A stretch of 54,735 nucleotides of DNA, filler included, from Jimgerdemannia flammicorona (Eukaryota), in assembly GCA_003990765.1 (NCBI GenBank). It is 3 parts of 3 records of this genome, joined end to end, with 100 filler letters (N's around TTAATTAATTAA, not from the genome) between each part and the next. Parts side by side here need not be neighbours in the genome. Positions count along the whole stretch, not along the records: positions 1 to 18,183 come from RBNJ01002275.1; positions 18,284 to 36,461 come from RBNJ01002276.1; 1 more part is not named here. One strand, 5' to 3'. Shown here one piece after another: positions 12,801 through 23,819 of the stretch. Positions within the stretch are counted from its first letter, which is position 1. Each line of letters opens with the position of its first letter. Below the pieces are notes generated by a model. That model was given only the letters and a program-made list of their open reading frames with translations. It made no database searches and was not told where the DNA came from. The position numbers and the translations under genes were made by a program.

Positions 12801-13009
12801 TCCAATGGTAGTGATTTCAGTTATCAGAGCTTTTCTTCTGTTAGTTCTTCTTTGAGCTAGTTCATTGACACATAAGAAGCAATTATCAATCATTCAGAAA
12901 GAGTATATTCCAATACAATGGGAGTATTGGCCACTTGGTATATATCCATCTTCAATTTTCTTATAGAATTATTCTTCTTTATTCATGGTAGGTTGGGCTG
13001 GAGCCTTGT

Positions 13010-13410
13010 TTGATGAGCCAAATTCTTTGGATCCTCAGATGGTAGATAGTAGTTCAGGGACTTCCTTAACTATCAGAGTTGACTCAATTTTCTCAAACAG
13101 GATCTGGGCAATATAGAAATCAATAGGGATCTTGAAGGGTGTCCAACTATGGTTTTGGATAAGGACAATAATTTCGCCTATATAATCTTCATCAATGACT
13201 CCTCCTTCTACTGAGAGTTCTTTCAAAACTAGGCTACTGTGATAGCATATTCTTCCAACATGTCCTTCAGGGATTTGGATGCTAATTCTTATATAGACTT
13301 GCTTGACTTCCAACTATAGCTTCTTTGGCTGCATACAGGTTATATCCAGCTGCCTTTTGACTTCCTTTAGTTGGGGCCTTGGCAGTTTGTCTTAACTTGA
13401 CAAAGTCCAG
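13010..13410 (-). pseudogene. Trimeric dUTPase domain of Gypsy-1
   Basis: APTKGSQKAAGYNLYA (motif 1), GGVIDEDYIGEI (motif 3), IAQILF (motif 4), RGSKEFGSS (motif 5). Confidence 0.93.
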
Positions 13411-13439
13411 TATTCTGGTAGTCAGGTTATTGAGGTGGT

Positions 13440-14480
13440 ACAGAGTAGTAACAGTTGCTCATGTTGCTGTTTGTGGTTTTCAGTTGGGGCAGGCACTGGT
13501 CATGTGTCCTGTCTTTTGGTAATATGTAAAAGCATACTCCACTTCTTCGAAGTTCATTTCTTTCTCCTTTAGTGAGTTTTTTAAAGGTACTTGGCTAGAT
13601 GGGTTTATGATTTCTGGGTGTTCAAGAGGTAGATGTGGAGGGAGCTCAGGATGCTTCATACTTGGGTTCTTCTTTCTTGGTCCAAGTCTTTTCCTTGTTA
13701 TTGAATTGTCTTCAGGGCAGAATTGGTCCAGCTATTAGAATTCATTTGACCATAGTCTTGATTCTTACTAGGCACCATTGTTGGTAGTCACAACCAACTG
13801 GGTGGCCTTGTTCTCAGATTTTTCTGGTAAGTCATTCAGATAGTACATTGAATAGATGGTCTGCTCTTGTACCATTTCATGCTTCATCATTGGCAATATA
13901 TCCTAGGCCAACAGTATTCAGGAGTGACTTGAGTTTTGTATAGAAGGTTTCAAATTCTTCTTTGCCATATACATCAAATTTGAGGTTGCAGAGTTTTACT
14001 CAAGATTTGGCAATCATGGTTTTGCTGCAGTATTGAGCAATTATGAGTTGTTTCAGTCCAGAGGCTGCAGGATGGGCTCCATATCCTGGGGTATTTTTTG
14101 CTGTATTCTGAGCAATTACTGCAAGTCAGGTATCCCATATAAGGGGTTTTTCAGAAAGGGTTCACTACCATTCTTTGGCAGGTCCTTGGAAGAATATAAC
14201 AACTTGGCAGACATAGGCTGTTGTGGTAGCAAAGAGTTGTTCCAGAGTGTGGTCTTGATTATTTGTCAGAAGGCAGTCAGCAACTCACTCATTGGTCCAT
14301 TAATTGGCTTCAAAGTTGGTGTCAACTACACTAATGAAGCTTTGGACTTCTTGTATAGTACCATTAAAGGTAGGTAGGCTCAGATTTTTAGTAGGTTGGG
14401 TCTGTTCAGCTAAGGCAGTAATAGTTGCTGCCATTATGGCTACCTGGGCTGTGAGGTCTAGAATCTATTAGTTTGCCATA
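13440..14480 (-). pseudogene. Gypsy-1 gag with degenerate CCHC zinc knuckle
   Basis: Capsid-like frames (FETFYTKLK) and C-F-x-..-QKTGHMTSAC at about 13490-13535. Coding-like sequence may extend to about 15400. Confidence 0.7.
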
Positions 14481-15428
14481 TTGTTTACTGGAGATAGTTA
14501 GACTACTGGTAGTGGTATTACTGGTACTACTTAAGGTACTGGTATAGAGTGTGATGGGGTTCTTTGGGTCTGTGTAAGTTGCTAGAGTAGTAGTTGTGGG
14601 TCTGGAGTAAGAGCTTGATAGATAGCTGTTTGTTGCTATATAGGTGTATTCTGTCCTGATGGAGGTACATCTCCTTCAATAGTATATCTGGGATTGAATT
14701 TACTGAAATACTCTTTCTCCTCTTTGATTTGGTTCCTGTATAGTTGGGTTTACTCAGCATCAAAATAGATAGAATCAGTTATATATCTGATTTCAGATAG
14801 ACTTAATTCAAAGTCAAGTTCTGGTTCAGTATTGGTTTCAGGTTCAGGTAGAGCTATAGTAGAGCTTACTTCAGGTTCAGGGTCAGATAGTTGATGAAGG
14901 GTTTCTCTTACTTCTTCTTTAAGAATATGGTGGACCTTGCTGTTCTGGAATCAGTAGTATAATACAGTCTTAGTTCTGGTATAGTGAAAGTCAGTAGAGT
15001 TGAGCCACTTGGCTACAGAGGCTTAGGCTTCATAAGGAACTAAGGCTAAAAAGACTGCTGCTGGTTATCCTAGATTGCTTGGATTTATGGAGCTGACAAA
15101 ACTCTTATTGAGAAGAGTAAAGAAGGCTTCAATAAGACCTTCTTTGTCTTGACTTACTAGGTGTAGTGCAAGGAGTTCAGTGAATAGGATTTTGCCTATT
15201 TGCTAATTTAATTGGAGTATTTCTTTCTTTGAGTGAAGTTTGTCTCACTTATTACAGGTGTGGAGGTCAAATTGTCCTTGTATATCAGGTTCAATTCTTT
15301 CTAGATTGTCAGATAGTTTAGGATAAATTCCAGTTCAGAGGTTGGGTTTTATACTAACTTATAGGAATTCTCAGAGAAGTTTGTAGCTAGGTGAGAAAGC
15401 ATCTTGAAGCAGAATTGAATTGTAAACT

Positions 15429-15438
15429 ACTGCTACCA
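15429..15438 (-). promoter_or_regulatory. Primer-binding site, probably initiator tRNA-Met
   Basis: TGGTAGCAGT lies 3 nt after the 5' LTR end on minus. Confidence 0.75.
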
Positions 15439-15441
15439 AGT

Positions 15442-16946
15442 TGTAAGAGGGTTGCTTTTTAGGATAACCATTATATAGTTCTGGAGAGTTTTCTAGGAGT
15501 TCTGGATATTCTGGAAGACTGTTTTCTTAAGATCAAGATCAATTTCATATAGAGTATGTCCTCTATACTTATTAATTTCAAGTTTAGGTTAATGTCTCAA
15601 CCAAAGCTCTTTTGCAGACTAGTTCTGAATATTCAGGATTTTCTGTATTTCAGGAAGTTCAAAAAACTAAGACCAGCTTAATTGAATTGGCATATCACTG
15701 CAGACAATACCCAATTAGGAAATTTTATAATAGAGTTAGGAGTGGGACCTAACAGAGAGCAGATTTACTTAAGAGTGATTTGTGAATTATGAAATAGATT
15801 TATTTGCTATTCATAATATTGCTATACTAGAAGTAGTTATGTAAAGAAATATTGTGGAGAAGTATTCAGAAGTTAGATTCAGATTATTCAGATATTCAAG
15901 TCTGAGATTCTGAGGTCTGAGAGAGGGGGTATTTATACTAGTGAGGGGCTATCTGGACTATGCTAAATATGGATATAGCACTTAGTATCTTACTGAGTCA
16001 GAATGTAGTTATATAATACAAGTGTGATCTAACATATCAAGAGATCATCTGACTACTGAGTCAGTTTACAGTCATATTATATAAGGCTAATCTAACTATA
16101 CTATGACTGCTAAGCTATTTATAGATTTAGATGCTGTCTGATTAGTCTTCGATAATATCACTATTGATGACATTATTACTGACAAAATCTGAGCTGTTTT
16201 CTGACTTCTGATATCATCAGTTTCAAGATATCATTACTTCTATCTCTTACAAGATTAAGGCTATCTTTGATGGCAGTGGTTGTCCAAGGATAGCAGGTCT
16301 TGGTTTTTTTTTTTTTTTGGTCTGCTTGTGCATTTACGAGGACTAGCCATCCTTGTCTAGGGCAAGGGCTCCCAATGTTGTAGCTAGAGGTTCAAATCTC
16401 TCAAAAATGATATTTTCTATAATCTGAGGCAATTTTTAATAGTAATATCTATCACATGAATAGCTTGAGATTGGTTTTGATGATTTGGCTTTCTTGAGTT
16501 CAGATGAAGTGTCTGTCACTCTCTAATGGAGATAATACAGATAGAGTAAACAGAGTTATTCAAATGTATTTTGCTTCTACTAAGTAATGAGGTCTTGTAT
16601 AGTTATAATGTATCTTGGTCTTGAGTTTGATAAGTATAGTTTATGAACTCTTAATAGATAAGATAAGGTCCTTCTTGTCTCAGTTTGAGTTTGGTACTTT
16701 TAGTTTCCTTTTGTAATAGTACAGTATACCAAACTAGTTATAGAGATTCAGAGTCAGTCTTATGGTTGTAGTACTTCTTCTGGTATTCTTGTATCTTGGT
16801 GGTGAGTTCTCATACTTACTGGTATATTTTTGTATAACCAGATGATCTTTTTAGTAACTTGTTTTATAGTCTCATATATATGTAGTTTCTAAATTAGTTC
16901 TAAGGATGATATGTGATTTTGGTAGCTTAGAGGTTATACACTTATA
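15442..16946 (-). repeat. Gypsy-1 5' LTR
   Basis: Direct repeat of 10566-12053, differing mostly by transitions. Confidence 0.92.
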
Positions 16947-17860
16947 AATCTAAATTTCTTCTGACCAATCTTGTTCCAGCCCAGTCACCTCTTTGTCTTC
17001 CAGTTGCAGCATTATCTTACAGTTGCTATTTCTCAATTTAGTACCCTCTCAAAACATAAATCTGAAATCCACCATCTCATCATAGCTCTCTAGTACCTTT
17101 ACTACTATCTTCTTAGTCTCTTGTCTGCCTAGAGTTGACAGACCTTTTACCACTAGCCATATAGCACATAGGTCCCATTTCAGACATCTTGCTATCTCAA
17201 TCCAAACACTCTTAACAGTCAGTCTTTTCTCCAGTGTCTTCATTATTACATCCTTCTCTACAAATCTAATCTCTATTATCTCCACTAATGGGATAAACTT
17301 CAAAGACTCTACCCCAGCCACTTCATCTCTCACCAGTTACAGAATCTCTCTAGCTGATATTATCAATTCTAGGAAATTTGCCAAAACTACTCATATTGAT
17401 ACTAACTTGTGAAAGAAGGGCTGCACTACTAGCTTGTCTATCCCAGCCACTAGAGTCATCTTCTCTTTAGTCCCAGAGATATCAGTAGTCATTTCACCAG
17501 CCACAACTATACTACTAGTAGTTCTCTCCTCAGTTACTGGCCTAGCTCAAAGAGAACTAGTCTCTAATATCACACCACCAGACCCCTGCCCCCTGCTGGA
17601 CACCTAACCCATTACCTGACCCATCACCTAACTCTTCTCTCTATCAATACTATGCTCCCTCTGCCCCACCTTCAAGGGCCTGACTGCAATTCTTCTACTC
17701 TTTACTATAATATATCAAATCTTAATTCCATCAGACCTCCCCTAACCACCAGCCTCTCCAGCAACTATACCAGTCCCTGCAATAGCTGCAAAGCTCTTGG
17801 AAAGGCCCAGACCAGGCCTCCTCCTCTCCAGACACTCAGAGCTAGAGAAACCTTAACCTT
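16947..17860 (-). pseudogene. LINE-B ORF1, N-terminal and RRM-like part
   Basis: ORF 17049-17333 (VESLKFIPLVEIIEIRFVEKD...KWDL) aligns with LINE-A ORF1 (AASVKFLRGKEGIEVEFEEED...CWDP). Confidence 0.8.
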
Positions 17861-17861
17861 T

Positions 17862-18183
17862 TTCGGACATCTCTCTCCACTACAATTCACGTTACACACA
17901 CTTTTCGACACACTTTCGAAGCTTTTATTGGAGAAAGATACTAAGGCAATGTCAACCAGCAAGCAAGCCGACACGCGTACTAGGTCGGGTGGACCTGGGG
18001 CCTTCGACTGGCAGACTGTCGGGAGAGGATATGGATTGGGGATGGGGTCCTTCGGTGGCTCGAGTGGGCAGGGTGGCTCCGGCAGTGGAAGTGGCACTGG
18101 AGGGGGGGCTGGAGAGAAGCAGGGGAGGAGCTTTGCGGACACGCTGAGGGGTGGGGGCTGGCCGTTGGGCACTCGTGGTGGAC
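17862..18183 (+). mobile_element. 5' end (UTR and ORF1 start at about 17949) of a young, CpG-retaining LINE running into a gap
   Basis: MSTSKQ...GAFDWQTVGRGYGLGM...RSFADTLR resembles the LINE-A ORF1 start. Many CpGs are present. A poly-A at 18284-18299 after the gap may be its tail. Confidence 0.8.
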
Positions 18184-18283
18184 NNNNNNNNNNNNNNNNN
18201 NNNNNNNNNNNNNNNNNNNNNNNNNNNTTAATTAATTAANNNNNNNNNNNNNNNNNNNNNNNNNNNNNNNNNNNNNNNNNNNN
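18184..18283. other. Assembly gap with artificial TTAATTAATTAA linker
   Basis: N-run, 12-mer with stops in all six frames, N-run; identical layout at 36462-36561. Confidence 0.97.
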
Positions 18284-18299
18284 AAAAAAAAAAAAAAAA

Positions 18300-19271
18300 G
18301 ATAAGCCTGAAGAATTCAAGTTTGCTACCCAAGTTCAAGGAAGAACTTTACCACCATTTCTAAGTTATCTGTATTCCCAGAAAGCCTAAGAGAAAGCTGC
18401 CTTACTCAAGTCAGTTTCTGATGCAACTTTGCAGTGAATCTGTTTGTACAAATAAAGCCAGTCTTTGATACAACTTTGCCAAGAGACCCTTTCCCAAAAG
18501 CTACCCATTTATATTCCTAGTTGAAGCTACTGATTCAGGAAGAATCTGAAACATCTGAGTTATCCATGCCATCTGAGTTATTATTCCCAGAAGAGTCTGA
18601 TTTGGAGGAACTCATGCCATCTAAGTTATTTCCCAGTTAAAGCGGCTGCTTTCAAGAAGCCTGCCAATTCAGGAGAACCTGCGACATCTGATTTATTCAA
18701 ATTATCCAAGTTATTAGAATTATCTGTAATATCTGAGTTATCTATTGTTCCCAGTGAGCCCGAGAAGAATCTGCTACCAGTATAATTCCCAATAAGAAGA
18801 ATCCATACCATCTTCTATTCTCAAACTGCTGATTTAGAAGAATTTGCACCAAATCGAGTTATCCACCAAATTACCAGATCCCACCACATAAGGAATCCAT
18901 TTATACTATACAGAGATCATCACACAGAAATTGCATACTTTTGGAGATTATCACTCAAGAAGGAGAACTGCCAAATCATCAGACCATCACACACAGAGAT
19001 CATTGTGCTATATACAAAATTCTACCAATTCCCAGATTGGCCCAAGAAGAAAACCCATCTATATACAAATCGCTGCTACATCCAGAGAACTGTCCCAATA
19101 AGGAAATCACTCACAGATATCCAGCTTTGACTATTATACCACTAAAAACACCAAAGACCTCAGGAATCTTAGAATATTTTATTGCTTTTTAATAAAGTAA
19201 CTGGGGGCTCAAGCCAAACTACATCAATCTCCAACCTTGTAATTTGCCTCTATTGAGCCAGGCACATTACA
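18300..19271 (+). repeat. Gypsy-2 5' LTR (5' part missing), with internal short repeats
   Basis: Homologous to 27385-28029, ends CATTACA, and contains repeated ATCTGAGTTAT/TTCCCAG motifs. Confidence 0.85.
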
Positions 19272-19273
19272 TT

Positions 19274-19292
19274 TGAGGGCTCAACTGGGAAT
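19274..19292 (+). promoter_or_regulatory. Primer-binding site, probably tRNA-Pro
   Basis: TGAGGGCTCAACTGGGAAT resembles the tRNA-Pro type PBS TGGGGGCTC...CCGGGAT after transitions. Confidence 0.7.
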
Positions 19293-19829
19293 ATTTCAAA
19301 ATCAACATGACTTTTCAGCTTACAGGAACCCACAGTCAAACTGAATATATTTGATACAATACCAATTTCTGCTACCACAGGAGAACCAGTTATCACCAGC
19401 ATCTGGACAGGAAGAGAAGTAATCACATCAAGACTTGCCAACTACCCAGCATTAATAGGATCTCAACCAGAACCAGAAACCAGTACAGCCCAAAATCCCC
19501 AACCAGATCAACCAGACAATATAGGTGGCTCTATTGAAGATTTTGAAGAACTTGCACAAGAACTAGAAGATCTTATTACACAAGCCCAAGATCTTATAGC
19601 CAGATACTCCATATCAGTCCCATGAATCTCACTAATAGAACCTTTACCACCAGCCTTTGCAGAATTGGAAGTAGCTCCTACAAGAATACCTAGGCTCATT
19701 CCACTTCATCCAAGATCCAGAACATCATCCTTGGGATACTCAAGCACCCCTATCTCCAGTAACAGCTCAGAAAGTGAATTAGAATCAGAATCCAGACAAG
19801 AACCAGAATCAGAAGAAAGTGATGATGAA

Positions 19830-20870
19830 ATGGCCACCTCATTACCAATCTTTGCAGGATATCCAGAGGAAGACCCCAGAGAATTCCTTGATGGAATTAA
19901 AGAAATCACAGCTCTGAGGAATCTCTCAGATGAAAGAAAAATCACCATCTATAAGGCTTAGCTCAGAGAACCAGTCAGAGGAATTTTCCACTGAACAGCA
20001 AATGATCCAAATTCAGAACTGGTAAGACAGATACAAGCAGCAGCATCTTATGAGCTAGAATATGTGGCCATGGTCCACTGGCTCATTGAAAAGTATGCAG
20101 GAAATGAAACCTGCCACAAAGCTCAAGAATCCATTATAGGGATGAAGATCAATCTTGAAGAATTGCCCAGAGCCTTCTTCACAAGAATCCAGAAGAGAAT
20201 GCATACAGCCGGGTTCAATGATACCAACCAGGACATCATAGATCCAATGACCTTCATGAATGGGATTCCCCTGAACATTGCCCAGCATGTCCGCACCCTA
20301 GGCATCAGAAGGTCTGAAGAGCAAGTAGATGCAGCCCAAGGATTCTTTGATGTCAGACAAGGAACTACCTGGAGTGATTATGACAAGAAAGAAGATAAAG
20401 AAGACATCCTGATCAAAGCCCTACAAGGACTCCTCTAAGGACAAGAAAGGTCCAAAGAAAGAAGACTAGCCAAAGAAGGAAAGAAGGACAAGAGTGAAAT
20501 CCAAGACCTCAGCTCCAAGTTGGACCAATTGGTTGAACAGATTGAAAAACTCACCACATACAAAAATTGGAGTTACCAAGATAACAGAGGATACCTACCA
20601 TAGAGGTGCCAAGGTTATCCACCAAGAGATAATAAGAGCTACCCATAAGAGGAAAGAAGGTATCCTGTCTGAGACAGAGCCCAAGTCCAATACTTTCACT
20701 GTGGACAATTTGGACACTATGCTACTAAATGTGACAATAAAAGAAGTGACCAAAGAGACTCAGAACCACCAAACTGAAGGAATGACACTCAGTACAAGAA
20801 GACTGAAGCCCATCCTGTTGAAGATTTTGAAGAAGCAAGCAACAGCAAAGACTACAGTAACCTAGACTTG
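19830..20870 (+). pseudogene. Gypsy-2 gag
   Basis: LPIFAGYPEEDPREFL, FMNGIP, and knuckle (C>Y)FHCGQFGHYATKC at about 20690-20735. Confidence 0.85.
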
Positions 20871-21339
20871 TACCCTACCAAGGTTACCACTTGGAAAATG
20901 GTCTATCCAGCAGAGAAAAGGATGAGACCTGTAGGAAGACCATCCAGGAACATCAGCAGAAGAATTATCCAAAAGGAAGATGAAAAACATGAAGAGGAAT
21001 AAGCAGAAACACCTTCCTGGACTCCCTCACCTTTTGTCCCTAAGACAAATGAGCTACCACTAGAGGATGAAGAAATAGAACAAGAAGAATGAGAACCTGC
21101 TGCTTCAAAGCCCAAGAAGAAGTACATCCCAAAGATCATGCCTAAAGACATCTACAATGAAGTCTGGTAGAAGATTCAAGAGGCCAAGATGGAAGTCCCT
21201 CTCCTGCAGTTCCTGCAACTGATATCAGCTGGAGTTTGAAATAAATTACTGAGAACCACCAGGTCTAGCACTGGCCAAGTTTCAATCCCACAGTAAGAAC
21301 CAGTTCCCATCTCTGTCCAAGCAGCTGAGAGACATGTCA

Positions 21340-21710
21340 GCACCTATCTACATAGAGATATTAGAGGACAAAAGGCGAAAATCCTCATAGATACAGGAGC
21401 AGCTGTCTGTATTATTGCCAAATGATTCCTGGATATCCTCCAATGGCCCATTGATGGACCATTCAACCTCAGCATCATACATAGTAGCAGATGGAGCCCA
21501 AACTTAACTCCTTGGAGAAGTATGAAACATCACTAGCTCTCTAGGACACATTCAGTTCTCTATCTCAAAAGCTGTTGTCACTGAAGCTGTCACCTATAAC
21601 ATGATTCTTGGCACCAACTGGATGAAGGAAATGAATGCAGTTGTTGACATTGGTCAACAGGTACTCAAGTTTGACTACTGAGACAAGAAGTATAGAGTTA
21701 AGGTGACCAG
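21340..21710 (+). pseudogene. Gypsy-2 aspartic protease
   Basis: KILIDTGAAVCII and MILGTNWM. Confidence 0.9.
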
Positions 21711-23019
21711 CTATGAGCAATTGAAGAAGAAAAAGAAGGTCACTATTCAGGAGAAATATGCCAGTAGCAAAGAATCTACCACAGATGAAGAGGAAGAATC
21801 TGAAGATGGAAATGATCTCTGACTTAATCCCCTAATTAACCTGGTGGATGACAGACCAGAAGACAACATATGGGTCAAGAATACCATCCCTATCACCATT
21901 AGAGCCATTGCAGGAGAAATCAAAGGATGCCCTATTTGTCTCAAGAGACACAAGTGTCCCAAGCATTCCTCCAAGATCATGGGAACAAGAAAATTGCCTG
22001 GCACAGCCTGCCCAGAGTGCAGAAGGAAGAAGAAGAAATGCAGACATATTCCCGAAATACCTGCAACTAAAGCTGCAGAAGTGCAAGCAATTTGGAGACA
22101 AGAATCATCTGAGGAAGAAGAAGTTCCTGACCAAGAAGTTCCTGAACAAGAAGTACCCAAAGAGGAAGAAGTCCCTGAACTCATTCCCTGGGATGACCCT
22201 TGCTGGACACCACCTGAAGATAATGACCCTTGGAATATGGAAGAAGAACCCAGCACAATCACCATTATTACCAAGAAAGAAACTTATCAAGAAAAAGCTT
22301 TTCAGCTAGGAAGATATCCACACCAAATGGTCTTCCACTCTCCCCGAGACTACTGCTATCAGTGTCACCTGTTGGACCAATAAGAAAGACAGAGACCCCA
22401 GAGACCAGAACCCCCAACTATACTTGTACAGTCAACCATCTTTCAAGAAGTTACCACAGATTACAAAGTCAATTTAGAGGACAAGACTTCTTCACCCAAA
22501 CAGAAATATACCCCTTGTCCACTCTTCCCCCAACTTATGATCAAGATGGGTACTGATTCCTGAGACAATAAGAGATAAACAGCCAGGAATATCATTTCCG
22601 AGCAATGGGATATTGCAACCATAGGAGACACCCTGACTGCTGAGACTGCAGACATCAGAAGATTCACCTCAGTTATGATGTTATAGTCCATACTTTAAAG
22701 AGAGGAGACAACAGAGACCAGATCCAAAAAAGCCAGACCAAGAAGTCAGGAAGAAGAATCCTCAAGATCTACAATTTGGGAGAAGACATCCTAGCTCTCA
22801 TCAGACATACAATATACCAAGGATAGGCAGAAGATGCTACCAACTTCATGAAAGCCCTACAGGAAGAAGAGGAATCAACTATCTCTGAGACCCCTCTACT
22901 GGAGCCAGATGGCCACACCTCAACCTCAGAACCTAGAGGCTCTATGCTAGTGAAGCTTCAGCTCTAGGATAGCCTGAACTCAGCAGGGATATTGCCCAGT
23001 ATGCCCTGCTACATTCCAA

Positions 23020-23402
23020 GGCCAAACCCCCATCCAAAGCTCTCCCAGAAGATATAGGATATGATCTTCACAGTCTAGAGGATGAATCCATTAAGCCTGG
23101 AAAAACCTTCATGATCAGAACTAGATTAGCCATGCAGCTACCCAAAGGAGCTTACATCTAACTAATCTTAAGATCTGGACTTACTAGACAAGGAATAACT
23201 GTAGAAGGAGGAATTATTGATCTAGGATATACAGGCGAAATCAAGGTTGTTTTATACAACAGTAGTACAGAATGGCACTGAATTATTAGAGGACAGAAGA
23301 TTGCCCAAGCAGTCTTCATGAAGGTCAAGACTCCACAATTGCAAGAAGTCTCTGAACTAACTGAAGGAACAAGACAAGCCAAAGGATTTGGAAGCTCAGA
23401 CA
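23020..23402 (+). pseudogene. Trimeric dUTPase domain of Gypsy-2
   Basis: DIGYDL, RSGL, EGGIIDLGYTGEI, KIAQ, RQAKGFGSS. Confidence 0.92.
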
Positions 23403-23819
23403 AGAAGGAAGTACATCTCCTTCAAGTCAACCACCTCAAGAGGAATGCTCTCCAACAAGTGTACCAGCAACCAGTCAGACTGCACAAGAATCTCATCCTG
23501 GAGCCTGGAGAACAAGCTACCTTCGAAATCTTTGCACCACCTGACTCCAGGAACCTTTTCTTTGAACCCAAGGAAGATATCCCACACCTGAACATAGAGG
23601 GACACACATTCCCTGACAAGATGAATCCAGTACACTCCCAAGCAACCAACCAAAGTTGGGAGACCATCATCTTGCTGAAAGGAACCATCATAGGACATCT
23701 AGTGCCTTTTCTCAACCGAACTCATAGGGAAGTTTATGAACTAAACCTATTGGGAAATGGAAAAAGGTCTCAGAAGAAAGGAAAGGCCCCTCTGTGACCC
23801 AGGAGACAGTGAAGCCTTC

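Larger units (their letters stand above)
10566..16946 (-). mobile_element. Gypsy-1: non-autonomous LTR element (gag-dUTPase-protease, no RT/RH/IN), about 1.5 kb LTRs
   Basis: Direct repeats 10566-12053 and 15442-16946 with TG...CA(TA) ends, plus a PBS and a PPT. Inserted in LINE-B ORF1. Confidence 0.92.

Noticed and set aside
13010..13410. dUTPases as host dut genes or giant-virus insertions
   Set aside because: All lie within LTR-bounded or collinear Gypsy polyprotein regions; one is in frame with RT.
18228..18239. Palindromic TTAATTAATTAA (also at 36506-36517)
   Set aside because: Sits in the centre of N-runs with an identical layout twice; a scaffolding linker, not biology.
17652..18239. 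195-aa ORF
   Set aside because: A chimera of antisense LINE-B, the young LINE 5' UTR and ORF1, and gap Ns.
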